Shown here piece by piece: positions 26,525 through 40,800 of a stretch of 64,000 nucleotides of DNA. The translations under genes were made by a program, and so were the position numbers. The notes under the pieces were generated by a model. It was given only the letters and a program-made list of their open reading frames with translations, had not been told where the DNA came from and ran no database searches. Within the stretch, counting starts at the first letter, position 1, and the number at the start of each line of letters is the position of its first letter. The stretch covers positions 10,664,001-10,728,000 of the forward strand of contig NC_135262.1 in NCBI RefSeq assembly GCF_964204865.1. Reading direction: 5' to 3'. The stretch comes from Styela clava (lineage: Eukaryota).

Positions 26525-26925
26525 TATTACAAGAGGAAGAGTGGACAGTGAAATCGCAGCACCTTGCCTAGTTTCTGTGCATAACACCAGTAAATTTTTC
26601 CAATGCGCAGGAGAGATTGGTGGAAAAGTTGCATAATTTATGAAGAATTTCATGAGATAGCTATCGGAGACCGCCGACTTATCGATCTAGCGGCATGTAT
26701 CATTCGCTCTGACTCAATAGCGACACCACGTGCCATATCACTAATTATTCGATACAACATAATTTCTCCAAAATCAACAGGCCTTTGGTCCGATATATGA
26801 TGAATGCACATGCATAATTTGGAACAGATTCAACCTCGCTTTCGTGAGATTTCGCGTAACATACGAAAGTGTGCAACAGACAAATACCTATCAACATACT
26901 TACCGATCGAGATTGATAAGTAATT
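26525..26925 (+). mobile_element. Putative non-autonomous Helentron/DINE-like element
   Basis: Starts near ACAAGAG, has two TGCATAATTT motifs and ACAGACAAA, and ends in the hairpin TTACCGATC-GA-GATTGATAA. No TSD seen. Confidence 0.4.
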
Positions 26926-27379
26926 AATTGCCAATCGCCACGTTAACACCTCTGCATGAGGTCCTTCTGTATTTTAACAGCAATTCGAATCGAAGCAATT
27001 TCAGAAAAAACGACCCGATTCTGTTTTAAAAAAAATTGCAACGGCGTTGTCTCGACGTCGAACAAAAGCGTTTATTTTTCGCGTTAACAGCTTCGCTTCT
27101 TAAAATGTAAAGAAATTTTTACAAATATGTCATTATATTCTTCAAGTTACCTATATTATATCATTCTATTATCATTCTCACGATTTGATTCGTGTCTAAC
27201 ATAAAGTATAATTAATTGTAATTAGCCCTACGCCCTTCTTATTCTTTCTCTTTTTTTTCGCATTTTCAATTACTAATAAAAACATGATCTGCGTAATCAT
27301 GTGATGTTCTTGTTCCTTGTAATTTTTATTCCTATTCCAATACTTTCGGGGAATTGATTCCTGGGGCCTTTTAACCGGG

Positions 27380-27553
27380 CTTAAAACTCAAAATTTATAT
27401 TTCTTCTAGTGTCCTGTCTTGGTAAAATCTCACCTTAGGGGTCGGTCGACCTTGTTGACCTTGGAAGTCTTGCCCGTCCCTTTCCGTATACATTTTTATG
27501 CTTATTGTATTATGTACTTGTATCGGAAATAAATCATTATCTATCTATCTATC
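27380..27553 (+). mobile_element. 3' end of a 5'-truncated CR1/L2-like LINE
   Basis: GC-richer segment followed by a U-rich tract, AATAAA and a (ATCT)n tail. Confidence 0.45.
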
Positions 27554-28071
27554 TAATAATAAAAAAAGCGATGCTTAAATATGAGGACACAATTTATACT
27601 ATAGTTCTTCCAAATTTGAAAAATGTTGACGAGAACATGATGTTATACCAAATAGAATCAGATTCGGAAATATTCGAATTGGAACATTCTGATTCGCAAC
27701 TCACATCCCTAGTAACGATGTGTGCCCCGTCTCAAACCTTTAGTCAATCAGCTATTTAAGAACACAGATGCTCATATACAACCACACAATAATCGTTACT
27801 GTATTTTCTCGGATACCCCCTTTTAAAAATTTGGTTTTCAAGCAGATTGCAAACGACTACTTCCTCAAATGTACGTTGTCGTTACTTCGACTTTCTAGCA
27901 ACAATGCCGAATGGGATTCTTATGCTTATTCTGGTCTAGAGTAGGCCAATAAAATGCTTAACGCATACGCCATGCCATTCAGTCCAGGTTGGTGTACAAT
28001 ATCTGTAACAGGTGTATAAACCTTGATGAAAGCACCAATAGCTTAGAGTTCAGTGACCCTCTTGTATATTG

Positions 28072-28398
28072 GCTCAGTAGTGTGGCGCATCGTACTAAGC
28101 ATCAGGAATACGCTTGCCACCGCACATCTGATTACCCTGCATGGGTTCGCAGTTTCGAATCGCGTGTATGTTATTTATGTGCGAAAGGATTGCTGGACTC
28201 TTCCCATCGTAGGGTGGTTCACGTAATTTCAGTTGAGTTACGGCCTCCGGCAGCATCAAGTCCCCGCATCTGAAACAAATACCTAACCCCATATTCGACA
28301 TTGACTTGCAACTGAACGAGAGGCCGGGGTTCGCCATATGATTCAGCCGTCTCATCGTTTTTCTCTACCCGGGATAAGTATGTAAATCCTATCCTATT
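28072..28398 (+). mobile_element. tRNA-derived SINE, family 1 (most complete copy)
   Basis: Pol III-like head (TGGCGCATCGT...TTTCGAATC), shared body (CTGAAACAAATA...CCCATA...GAACGAGAGGCC...TTCGCC...GATT) and tail AAATCCTATCCTAT. Homologous to 34431-34693, 13810-14975 and 10880-11022. Confidence 0.7.
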
Positions 28399-31300
28399 TA
28401 TCCACAGAAGTATTTTTGAATGAGTCGAACGCACACACGAAAGGTGCAGTATGAAGAGTACAAAGAATTCTTAGTTCGATGTGCCAGCTCAACTTATACC
28501 CCGTTTAGTTACCACATAAAGATCACACACATTGAAGCCAACTTTAATTTTATTCACTGTTTCAATGGTTTATCGTTAATTCCTAGTAAATTAACCACAA
28601 GCACACACAAAAAAAAATCAGTATGTTTATTAAATTTAATAACAAACTGCGCACGATCCACCACAGTTCAGCAACAATTAATGTCACACATCCTTTGTTC
28701 ACGCAAATAACTTTCCCCAAATGACATTGATGATCATCGAACTCAAGCACAAACAAAAGTAGATAAGATGACTCCGCTTATAAACTACAAAAAGAGTCAA
28801 ACGAAACACAAAGTATGTTCATAATCAGAGCTCAAAAAAGGAATCAGAAAAGCATATAAGCAGCAAAAAAATAAGCAATTTATGGCAGCAAAATTAATTA
28901 AATATTTGCAACCAAAAAATAGTCCAAAATAATTTTTGTCCAAAAAATTAAGATTCAATAGGAAACAAAAAAAGAGAAAAAAAACTAAATCAATTATTAT
29001 TAGTATTACAATTTTAATGAGCTCAACCTGCAAAAATGGCAGATCAAAAATGAAAATCTTCCACTCATTTCAAGTAATTGAGTGCTGACAATATTTCGTA
29101 AGTACTTAAATTAATTATATTCATGGGACAGCAAACTCTGGGTAAATGGGTGGCTGTGGAAGTACAAAAGTATACCCAGCAAGACATTTTTTTTTAATTT
29201 GGTTGAATTTTAGACTATTGAACCAAAATAAAGTTTGTTGGATGGATAACATGCTAATACCTACATTATTTTTAGACCTAAGATTTAATTCAGTATGGAA
29301 AAGCGAAGGACCACATTACTAACTTTATGGTGTTTTCTGAAATTTGTCGGCAAGTGTGAAAAAGTAGAAACATATGGCCTTGGAAGCACTCATCAATATA
29401 TGTTGCAATTCATTAATATTTAGATTTTGAACTATTCTAAAATTATTCATTAAGTTGCAAAATTATAATGTACTTCACAAAACCTAAATTCGCAACAAAA
29501 ATATCTGATTTAACTAAGGAGAAAGCAATTTTTACAACAAAACTTCTTTGAAGTCAATATCTGAATTTCTTTCAACAAACTTTTCTTGAATATTCCTAAA
29601 ATTGTGATACTAATACAGCTTGTGATAAATATTATATGATATTTCTATTGAAATCTATAGAGCTGAAGTTATAGATGAAAAGGTGGTACAAACTTTTTTC
29701 TCTATTTATTTTTTCATTTTGAATAGTAACACAATATGTATTGTGAATTCAAATACCATTCAGAAATGTAGGCAACATAACATTGAACTTCGCTGTCTTC
29801 CATCAAAATTCAATCGGAAAATTTTCTACAGCATAAGATATAAATTGAGTAGGTGAAAATATTTTGAAAAAAATTTCTTGTACATACGACCTAATGAGTT
29901 GACATGTGACACATATCCAACATGTGAAAAAAAAAATAACACACTCAAATGGAAATGAGAAAACACAGTCAAAATTTTTTTTTAATTTAGCGAAATCACA
30001 TGAAGACATTTTTAGTTATTTACAGATGAGAATTCCAATACTGGATTCAATTATTTTTACATATTATTTGTCATAACTCTACTCATCATTTCAATTTTGT
30101 TAATTAATCCAATAATGTGACTTTCGATAATCATTGTCAGTATTACAGTATCTTTAGAGACACATTGATGATTACGACTATTTCAAATTTTCCAATTTTG
30201 TCATATATCCATTCTCTGTGTGATATTCAATTTATATGAAACTGTGATGAAGTTTCATGAAAATATGAATTGAAAACCTGAATCTTCAGAGCAATTGTAT
30301 TAAAATATTAATATTAAATCATTAATTTTACAGACCTATCTTTATTTTGCCTATATTTGAAAATTAATTGACGTTCTAATCAGGATTGCTAAAACTGAAT
30401 AGTTAAGTATTCCAAATTCATTCTAAAATAATCTTTTCGAATATGAAATATCGGGTATGCTCTGCAAGAGAAATTTTTCAAGATAATTGTAAATTCGAAG
30501 AAATCAAATTTGGTTGTGCAGAATGATTGAGATAAACATTGTTTCATTTTTTGTCTATTGTAAGATGATCTAATCGATTTCAAATGTGTTCGAATATTCG
30601 ATTCGTTTTGGACATCCCTGGTTCAAATCTAATTATCAGTGTTTCAAAATCATCATATGGGTTAAAAAATTTCATCAGGAAAAATATAAGCCATGAAACA
30701 GTAAATGAAGATAATAACGATGAGAAAAGCTCGGTGAAATATCGTGCCAAAGAACAAAATATGATAAAGGATTTGATACAATACTAGTTTTCTTATGACC
30801 TTATATCTTTACCACCATGCTATAATTTAAAACCACTGTTGTAAGTTCAGATGCCAAATGCTGAGAGTGAATTTTAATCAGAAAAATCTTGACTGATTGT
30901 CCTATAAATGGATGAAATAAATGTATATGAAGTTACGATTAATAAGAAGAATCGAATTACGGTAATTCGACAATCATGGACTGAAACACACAGGAATGTC
31001 CAAAACGAAGCGAATACATTCAAAATTCATTTTATTCGATATAGTAAATTTTTGTATTTAAAAATATTTTTCCAGAATGTATTCGAAATAGTGAAATATT
31101 CCGTTTTGGCCGGTTTCGAGGTAATATATAAATATTTACTAAGATGATTTGCAACCGGTTGTGAGCGTGTATATCTGAAAACATTTCATAGTCGGTCTCA
31201 CAGATATTTTTTTGCTCCAATTATAACAGTGTGGACAATTTTTAAAATGAATTTTGACAAATAAGCTTTTGTATTTATGAGATTTGCATTAAATGACTTA

Positions 31301-31883
31301 GATTGGCCATGTAAATACAAGCAATAACTCCTTTGAATTGGACTAATATTAAATTGTACATACATCGTGATGTGCTAATGCAAAAATTTGCATAAATACA
31401 TGTGAAAGATATTATATACAATGAGAGGAGTGAAATCTTATTAGGCCCTACTTTGTTTTTTTAAATGAAGAAAACGAAACCCACTTTGGGTAAATCAAGA
31501 AAATGGGGTATCACTTCAATTTATCTTGAAAAATAAGATATGATTCAGGTTGGTTACTTAAAAAGTAAAATAATAATTTTGGACTTGAACCAAAAACATA
31601 TTTAATATTGTTACATCATGCGAGAAATTTGTTAAACATGAAACACAATACTATTATGCTCGTTTAAGCATGCCCTAACAATATATATTCATATAAGCAT
31701 TGAGTAGACACATATACTTATTTATCAGTGGGCCAACTGTGGGCCGTAACAAAAAGTGTGCCAATATGGCCAAAGTGAATATTATCTCTGGATCATGCTC
31801 AATAAATATCAATTCTATAAGAGTACAATAAGGTGTTGCTCATGTGCGAATGTCTGGTGCATAGTATAACTTGCATGTTGGTT

Positions 31884-34800
31884 TTATACTACCATTAAGT
31901 CAGTTCGCTTGTAATATAGAAGATATGCAGTACGTTGAGGAGTGTGCTTTACTACCTGAAAAGGAAGCAAGACATTTTTCATCACAATGAAATCGACTTT
32001 ATTATTATTAAACTAATTTTTTTAGTAGCTTAGGAGCTAACACAGATTTTGAAAGGATTTCAAAAACGCATACCATCGTCACTTAGGTATATCTACCGGA
32101 TGATTGGAAAAATCAGAACTCAGGTTATTTGGTCTATATACCAGAGAAAGTGTAACTTTTGTGCAGAGCGTCCTATATTACTGAATATTGTGTACAATCA
32201 TACACTAACAGAAGTTCAAATGTTGAATAAATCATCTTCATTTTTGTAAAATTGAATGGCAAACAAAGTCAATAATGATGTATGTAGTGATAAAATGATT
32301 TGATAAAACATATATAAAGCAGCTAATCCAAGAGAAATGTGCGATAAAAAGATAGTGTTACCTCATGTACGTTAGTAGTTTTAATATGTTGATCATCAAT
32401 CCTTAACCAACAATTTAAACCATCGTGATAAACATCAGTTGAATAATGTCCTCCTGATGACTTTTTGCCATGGTGATAGACAACTTGAGAAGAAGAAAAA
32501 TCGTAACATAAAAAAACTTGATAATGAAATTTCTAACACATGATAAAGTCTTCATTTCTACTGGAAGGAGGAACTTTTTTGATTCGGACAACGAGTCCAA
32601 GTTGAGGAAATTTTTTGACTCAGATTCGAGTTGAATATTGAAAAAAAAAAAATTCTAATTAAAAACCTTTGGAGCATGGAGCTATCAAGGTGGTCAGGTT
32701 AGCAAACTGCGACCAGTAAAAAATTTTTTTGTGGCCCCTAGCCCCCTAAACGAATCTTACTCTTAAAAAACAAAAATTTCCCATAATTTTGCTGTTATCT
32801 GTGCATGGATGTACCGGTATGTCCTAAAAATGGCTGCTGTGTGCCGTGTATTTTGTAGTAATTAGCACGAGTTATTAAAGCACATTTCAGTTATACGCAG
32901 TTTACTTGCGTGGAACATAAATTGTAGTTCCAGACAGAATTTTCCACTTTAATTATCACCAATAAAATTCTAAATTTGCGACCCTGACTCTATAGAATTC
33001 AGACTTGAAGATTTAAAAAAACGACTCCAATATAAAAGAAAATACTCCTGCTCTCCAGAAAATTAAGCAAAACTAACCTGCGAATAATTTGTAAGATCGC
33101 TTTTCCAGTGCTATTTTCTTGCTTGTTTTTGAAAGGAGTTCTAAAAAGCAATATTTTGATTATCTTCAACACACATAACATATTTTTTGTACCAGATTAG
33201 CAATTTTCCTGTAATCAAAGTAGCCTATTCTAAATAATCACATAAATACCTTTTCCTATAATGAGATCGGTGTGGTATTGCACTTCTTTATCTATTTTCA
33301 GTGATCCTCCTTCCTTGTCATAAACAAATCTTTTTAAATGTAAGATGAGAACTGGGGGTAGTGTTTCTAATGTCACTTTTCTATTTGCTTCTACCTGGAA
33401 ACAAAAATTAAGTTCATTATTGAAAAGTAACTTACATTTACACAGGGTGACCAAAATAACTAGACCCTGGTCATTTGTAATATAACTTCTGCGCAAAACG
33501 TCTTAGATTACTGATCTTTTGGGTACAATAATACACAAACAGAAAAAGTTCACTTTTTGTGAATGTGAACCAGAGATGTCCAATTTGAATTTAATATTCG
33601 AATATCGCAACCTTCGGATATTGATTCTATGTTTATAGGAATACTGAATATAGCGCACACATTCTAGCGCCATTGTCCACGTTTTGATTGAAACATTTTA
33701 CAATTTATTTGTTTCATTTTTATCGTAATCGAAGGCAGACCTGTGCGCCGCGGAAATAAATAACAGCCAACATGAATAGATTTCACTTAGCGCCACTTGA
33801 CGTGCTTATATCGCTTAGAGGATATTTTTGATTGAAAATATTTTACAATTATCATCAAATATTCCAACTTAATCAAGATAGTTTGTGTGGCCTCTGCAAT
33901 AAATCTAAAAGCAAATTGTGTTTCAATAGAACACACACAAAATAGAAGGCCATTCATAAGATAATTTTCTTTCTATTCTATCACAGACGACCAAAACCAA
34001 ATATTCCGATTACATGTGGAAGATGTTGTATATTTAATAAGTTTGATTTTGAATTGTTGGAAAGGTAAAACACTGATTGGTTTTTGAATTTTTTGTAAAC
34101 GTAGAAGCTCACCTTCACTTTGGTTTTTGTATTTGTAAAATCCTGCACTGGTTCCAGTCTTGTGAAATGTTCTAGAGCTTCACCGACAGACCATGTCTTC
34201 TGGTCGTTTATATCCAATGGTAAAGTAAAAAAGGGCTCGAGTGTTGCTGTGCCACGTTGTCCTTCTTGGAAAAGGTCTGATCGTAATTCACCTCGGAACA
34301 CATCAGACACTGGTGTTCTAAATATACCAACAAATTTGAATGGTATTGGAAGTATTATTAAAAAACAGGAAGATAAAAAATGTACATATACAACACCCGT
34401 ACAAAATTTTTTTTATTTAAATTTTTTGTAGTCGGCCGTATGGCGCATCGTGCTAAGCAATAGAAATACGTTCACCACCGCACCTCTGATTATTCTACAT
34501 GAGCCGCAGGTTCAAATCCTGTGTGAGAAGAGTGCAGGACTCATTGCCACTGTAGGGATGGTTCACGTAACCACTGGTCCCATACCCAACATCAACATGG
34601 AAGGCGACCGGACGAAAAGACGTATTTCGCCCTAAGATTAAGCTGTCTTATTGGCTTTCCTCTCCCACAGGATAAATATTTAATTCCTATCCGAATATTG
34701 GCAATCAAAATATATTATATTTTGGATTTGCAATTTCTCCTTATTTTTTATTTTAGAGAACATAGACAATCATAAAAGAATTGTATACCCACTTCACCTC

Positions 34801-37800
34801 TATTTTATTTAAATTGTGTAACAAGTATAATAAACCAACCAAACAACCAGTTTAACAAAAATGCTGACTTAGAATACCAGACATGTTGCAATTCATATAG
34901 GGGACAGAATTACAGACTTTTGTTTGCATACAGATATCATGACACATCAGCAAATAAACTATAACTTACTACCGGTACATACAAAGTTTCAATAAAGTGT
35001 GTTCAAAATGTTTGCGTAAGTAAACACTATACTATAGTCTATGTCACATTGTGTTTCTACTCTGATGCGCAAGAATTAGGAGTTTGACACTATTATATAT
35101 ATATATATATTATGCATGCCCCATACATGTGCAATTTGGGGCTTAGCGGTGGTCAAGCGTTTCTTCGATACATTCAGATGTGTACCAATATGGAGGTAAT
35201 TTGCAATTGAACGAAATCGGAACAAAATTATGGCCTAACCCTAACTCGGTACACATACTACGGGAGTACCATATTGACATTGCAATTGCACACTCAGGTA
35301 CAAATCTCATGCCTTTCACCTCACCCAGGGGATAATAAATTGGGTAGGAAATGACGAACCATGAATACTTTAGTCATTCCAGAAAAAGTAACACCTTGAA
35401 TATAGTTAGATATAATTGAATGCTTATATAGATGAGGTTATCATATCATTTGTTCAGATTTTCAGACTAATTTTTGATATAGCCTATTCAAACTTTTGAT
35501 TGTTACCGTATTTTCACAAACCGTATTTTACGAACCAGGAGGTGCGTCATTGAAAAACTGCTTGGATTGGAAGTTTGTCTACACATAAAGCGCATCGGAC
35601 AATAAGACGTTTTTTAATGAGTATCGCATGCTAAGCTCATTAAACACAAAAACCCAATATTCTCACTCACTGCCAATCAACTTACTTTGATATATCTGCA
35701 CGTCTCATAACATAACTTTTATTTTTTCTTGTTGCCGTCACTTCTTCCCACTGTTCCTCACTTTCTTCTGAATCATCATTTTGTTGATCTTCATGAAGAG
35801 GCACCTTGAATAATACATAAAATTGCAGTATAACTTACTGTTTTTATACAAGCTTGCTCACAGCAAAGTTCTGAAGTCTCAACTAGAAGTAGAAGATATT
35901 TGATAGAAGAGTTTCAAGAAAGGCTAGTCGGCATGATTTTATTTTAGAGTCGTACTTTCAACTGCGCAGAGTTGGAAGATGGCAAGTGCAAAGAATAAAA
36001 TATTAAGTTATTTTTTTTATTTTTTAATTAAGACAATTTTCTAACGAACTCATCACTGAAATTAAGTTTTTGTACAAAAAAAAATCAATTAAAAATGAAA
36101 AGCTATTTTTTTTTTATCAAGTTTTGGACTAATTACCAAGTTGTGCTTGATGTAGGTTACTTATACAATGACCTGGTGTATAAAGCAGGGGTGTGCAACA
36201 TTTTTTGTCGGTGGGCCATATAACCAATTTCAGAAATCTAAGTAGGCCACACAAAAAATTTAGCGGGAAAGGCAAGAGAAGAGAATGCGGCTATTGCTTA
36301 GCCTGACAGTAATAAATGTGTTGGGCAAAACAGCGAAAGATTTAACGCAGCAACATGAACAAAAAAACATTATGTATGGTATTTTTATCAATGTAAGCGT
36401 CTTTTCAAACAAAAACTGTCAGATTTTAATTTTTATGCTTGATGGGGAAAAACCTGAGTGATGAAAATGGCTTGATGGGCCAGGTTGTGGCTCGCAGGCG
36501 CCTGTCGGAAACCCCTTGTTTAAAGCATTAGACCTAATAACCATGATGGCATGGCAGGCTAATACACTGCTTCAAATTTCACACTCACCCCTTTACCCAA
36601 GGAACGGCTGTTTGTAAGAAGCCTTGTTCGCCGTTAGAAGCATCATATGGAAGGATGGGAAAAACGACAAACAGTACATTCAACTACTGGTATATACTGA
36701 TCCAGAGTGACGGGCAATTTCTCGAATCACAGACTCATTGCGCAATATCAAAAAGATACTCTTACCTCATAACCTAACTCAACTTGAGAATTTTTCGCAA
36801 TTGTATCATCAGTGTGGTTTAATGTTGGAACGCTCTTTCCGAAATAAAATTCTGTAACTTTGAGCATTTCTTCATGAAGTCCATTCAATACACAAGAAAG
36901 AAATTCTTCCGCATCCTCTTGTCGTCCCTGTAATGAGGGGTTGAGAATTAAATAACATTTTAGTACCCAGATCCCGGGATGTCCCAAAAAAATAAAAAAT
37001 TCAAATTGATTTGTGAGTAAATTTATTCAATATTTTTTAAATTCACGATTTTAGGAATAAATCCGGAATAGTTCAATTTATTGAAATTAATCACTTTGAG
37101 CAATTTAATTCTCATTCGTGAGTGGGCCAAAAGGCCTTTATTTATTAATTTCTGAAAACATTGGAAAATAGAGCCAACCACATTACTGTTCATCTAGACT
37201 TACCTGCATTTCTAAATTCAATGTTGTTATAGATATTTCAAATTCTACATATTAAAATTTGAATGTGAAAGACTATATTCGATACTCTATAATCAAAAAT
37301 ATTATTTTAAAAATGTATTCGAATGAGTAAATCTCTCGATTTCGGTTATCCAGGCGGCCAGGCCTAAACTTTACCAGTTTCAAGGGTCTTTTTTCATCTT
37401 TAATTTGAAACAAGACCAATATTCAAATATATGGACACCACAGGAAAAGCGAAGTAGTCACAGTAGACTACCGGTACAATAGTCTTAGCTTTCGCTACTT
37501 CGCAGACCACCAGAACTAACACGAAAATACCACAAGGTGCTCAATTTTCAATTTTGTAGCGTCATGGCACATAAAAAACGAATCCCATAGAGCCCACAGG
37601 AATTTTTGAAATGATTAAAAGTAATAGCGTAATGATTGAAAGTCTAGCCAACAATACATCTTTAACCACTAAAAATGTCAAAGCAGCAATTAACAAGGAA
37701 AGAATTTTTTTTACAAGAAGAAGAAAAGAAATACTAAAAACAACAACTCAAAAAAAACAATGCATATGTATACTTTGTGTCCAATAATTCACATTATCCA

Positions 37801-40800
37801 ATATTGAACATTGTATATTTGAGATCAAATTTCAGTGTTTACGCAATTCGCTAATTCAGAAACCAATTTCTTACCCGTTCTGATAGTTTAGATTTGATTG
37901 TTGACAACATTTTATAAATATATTCTGGTTCGTGTGATGGTCCATGCCATTGCTCTTTTGATGGACGAGGTGGATTTTTTTTCGGCAGTGGTTTCAACTC
38001 TTTAACGAGTCTTACACTATAAATAATTACAACAAAAAATGAAGATCGCCAACCAACATAGTGAATATAGCTGGAGAGCCTCACATGAGGGATATTATAC
38101 TAAATCAGTATAGTGGAAGAGTGGAATCATATTAAAATCCTAAATGTATGCAGTAAATATTATTGAAAAAATCATATCTTTGGAAATTTATCCCATCAAA
38201 TTCTCTATTCCAGAAATAATTTAGTGTTTTTTTTTTAAAAAATTATCAGTTTGAGTATTGACATATCGGAGTATTTTTATTTTTGATGACGACATCACAC
38301 AAAACTTTGAGGTGAAAAACAAATCCAATAAAGCACACAGGCTTATAGCGACAACAAGCTTTAACCACTGAAAATTTCAAAGAAATTATTCCTGTATTTA
38401 AAGAGAAACGCAACAACATCATAACAGAACATAGGTTCATTTTGTGTCCAATTATAGAAAGATTGCATAAGTCAAATCATTGTTATCAAAATTTGGTTTT
38501 GTAGACGTCCAATCGAATCCGATATTTTCTCAAACCTGGGGCAGGAAGCAAAAGTAAAGGTTGTGAGTCGGAGGCGCTCCAAGCCATTTTTAAAAGGGAT
38601 CAGAATCAGATTTAAATTTTCTATGTTGAACGCGTCCATATTAACGCTTATCATAATATACTTACAAGCTGTCTAAAATAGGTGTTGAAGTATATATAAC
38701 ATTGTTATTATCAGGTGATGGTTGTCGAGATGGAAATGATCTCATTAGATGACAGAATGGTGATGATGTTAGAAGCGCTTGAAGAGTCTTTGAATTTGTG
38801 GTTGAGGAAAATAGAATGGTTAATAAAGAAAGGAGATAAGCTCTGTTGTTCTATTACTATATCAGTATATCGATATCAATCAATACCACTGGTTTCTATA
38901 TTAGTGGTTTTCAACCGGGGATCCGGGGCACCTAGGGTCTCACCAGAATAGTCCGGGGCCGTGGTGGGCAAGGTTTTTGAACCAGGGGCCAAAAATCTAG
39001 CCCACATAGACTAGCGGGCCATGTAAGTGTGGTTTAAAAAGTTACATTTTATGAACAATATATACAGTGTTACGAAAGCAAAAGTGGAAAACAATAAGCC
39101 TTGTGTCGAAACTAAATTCAATCACAATCTTAATAACAAATTCCTTAAAAAAAACAAAAAAACATCAAAATTTGGTTTTAGTTTGGTTGTGCAGCATCAA
39201 GCGTGCCAATTTGAATTACCATACGAGCCAGATTTGGCCCGCGGGTGTAGCTTGCCCATGCCAGTTATGCTTAATTTTACGCACTGCAAAATTTTCTACA
39301 CTAATAGAGATTGTAATTCTGTAATTCAAAAACACATTCTTATATATCATGAATTTCAATCTTTAGGTAAATTTATTTTTTTGAAAATCCTCAGTCAATA
39401 CCAAGTATTACAACATTACCATTTAGCTGGTGAATTGGAATTCCCAAAATAGAATATAAACATTGATAGCATAAAATATTTTGCATCAGTTATGCTTCTG
39501 AAACCGAAGATTTGGCGATTTATTACATTTTCCATGTTTTCATGTTTTATTTCTGTAAATTATAAGTGACGCCTAACCAAATACATAAAACTAAAAACAC
39601 AAATAAAACTAATAACATATATTTTAAAGGATACAGCATTAATGTAGCACCAGTTGCTTGAGTTTATAAATCCTCTGGGCATTAGACCTGGTGATCTGTA
39701 GACAATCTCATTTCTTGATATTTGATCTGTTGAAGAAAACAAACACTTGGTAATAATACTGTGGTGAAACATTGCTAAGTATTCCAGTCCTTGTGTACTT
39801 AATAACAACGTTAATATGTTAGATATACCACGAGGGCTATATATGGGTACATTTACTTATCTTGGTGAAAAGATCTTACGGTAAGTTGTTGTCCTATGTA
39901 GAAAGGGAACATAACAATGATCGGAAGAATAAAAACAGTAATGTGAATAAAATTGTAAAATGTGATTCTGGGATGGCCAAGACAGAATATTTCACTGTTT
40001 CGAATATATTCTAGGACAATAGTTTCGAATATGGAATATTGAATACATTTTAAATTGGGGGCAAGTTCATGTGAAAATTACATAAATCCCTATGTCTTCA
40101 TGTTGATCACATATAAAACAACATAAATATAAAGGTCATTGGTTTCTCTGTGTTGTTTGTTATCAGTTGAGATATCGTATGTTTTGATTTGCTTGTCTCC
40201 GACGGCTCAAAATCCCTAATTTTTGAATATAAATATTCCAACATATATCCAAATTCAATATTTTTCCATATCAAATATAATGAGTTTCGAATCTATTCGA
40301 ATCATTTTAAACATTTCTGTGAGTAGGTTGTGAAATTTTCTGCACAATCACAGAGCTTTTCTCTAGAACCGTAAAAATATGAATTACCATAACAAGAAAA
40401 AATTATGTGGCCTTTTGGAGATTGAAACCACACTTAAAATAGAAATAAACTGATAAAATCTTTATCCTAGAACAAAACAGATAAGATAAAAGTTACGAAA
40501 TAATTACTAATAAAAAACGGCAATAGCATTACCATTAAAAGATTATTCAACAGGACAATTAATTGCAGAATTGTTGGTATTCAACAAAATGTAATTAGTG
40601 AGAATTTTGATCATTAAATCGTCATACAAATCAAGGTACATGTGAAATGTTACAAAATATACATAACCATATATCCTCTCATATAAAACGGTCCTAAAAC
40701 GGTGAATTTATAAAAATTTGCAGCCGACCCTACAAATTGTAAAATATGCCGACCCCTTAGTTCGACAACTTTTTTCGAGTTTAAACTCTGAATATATGCG

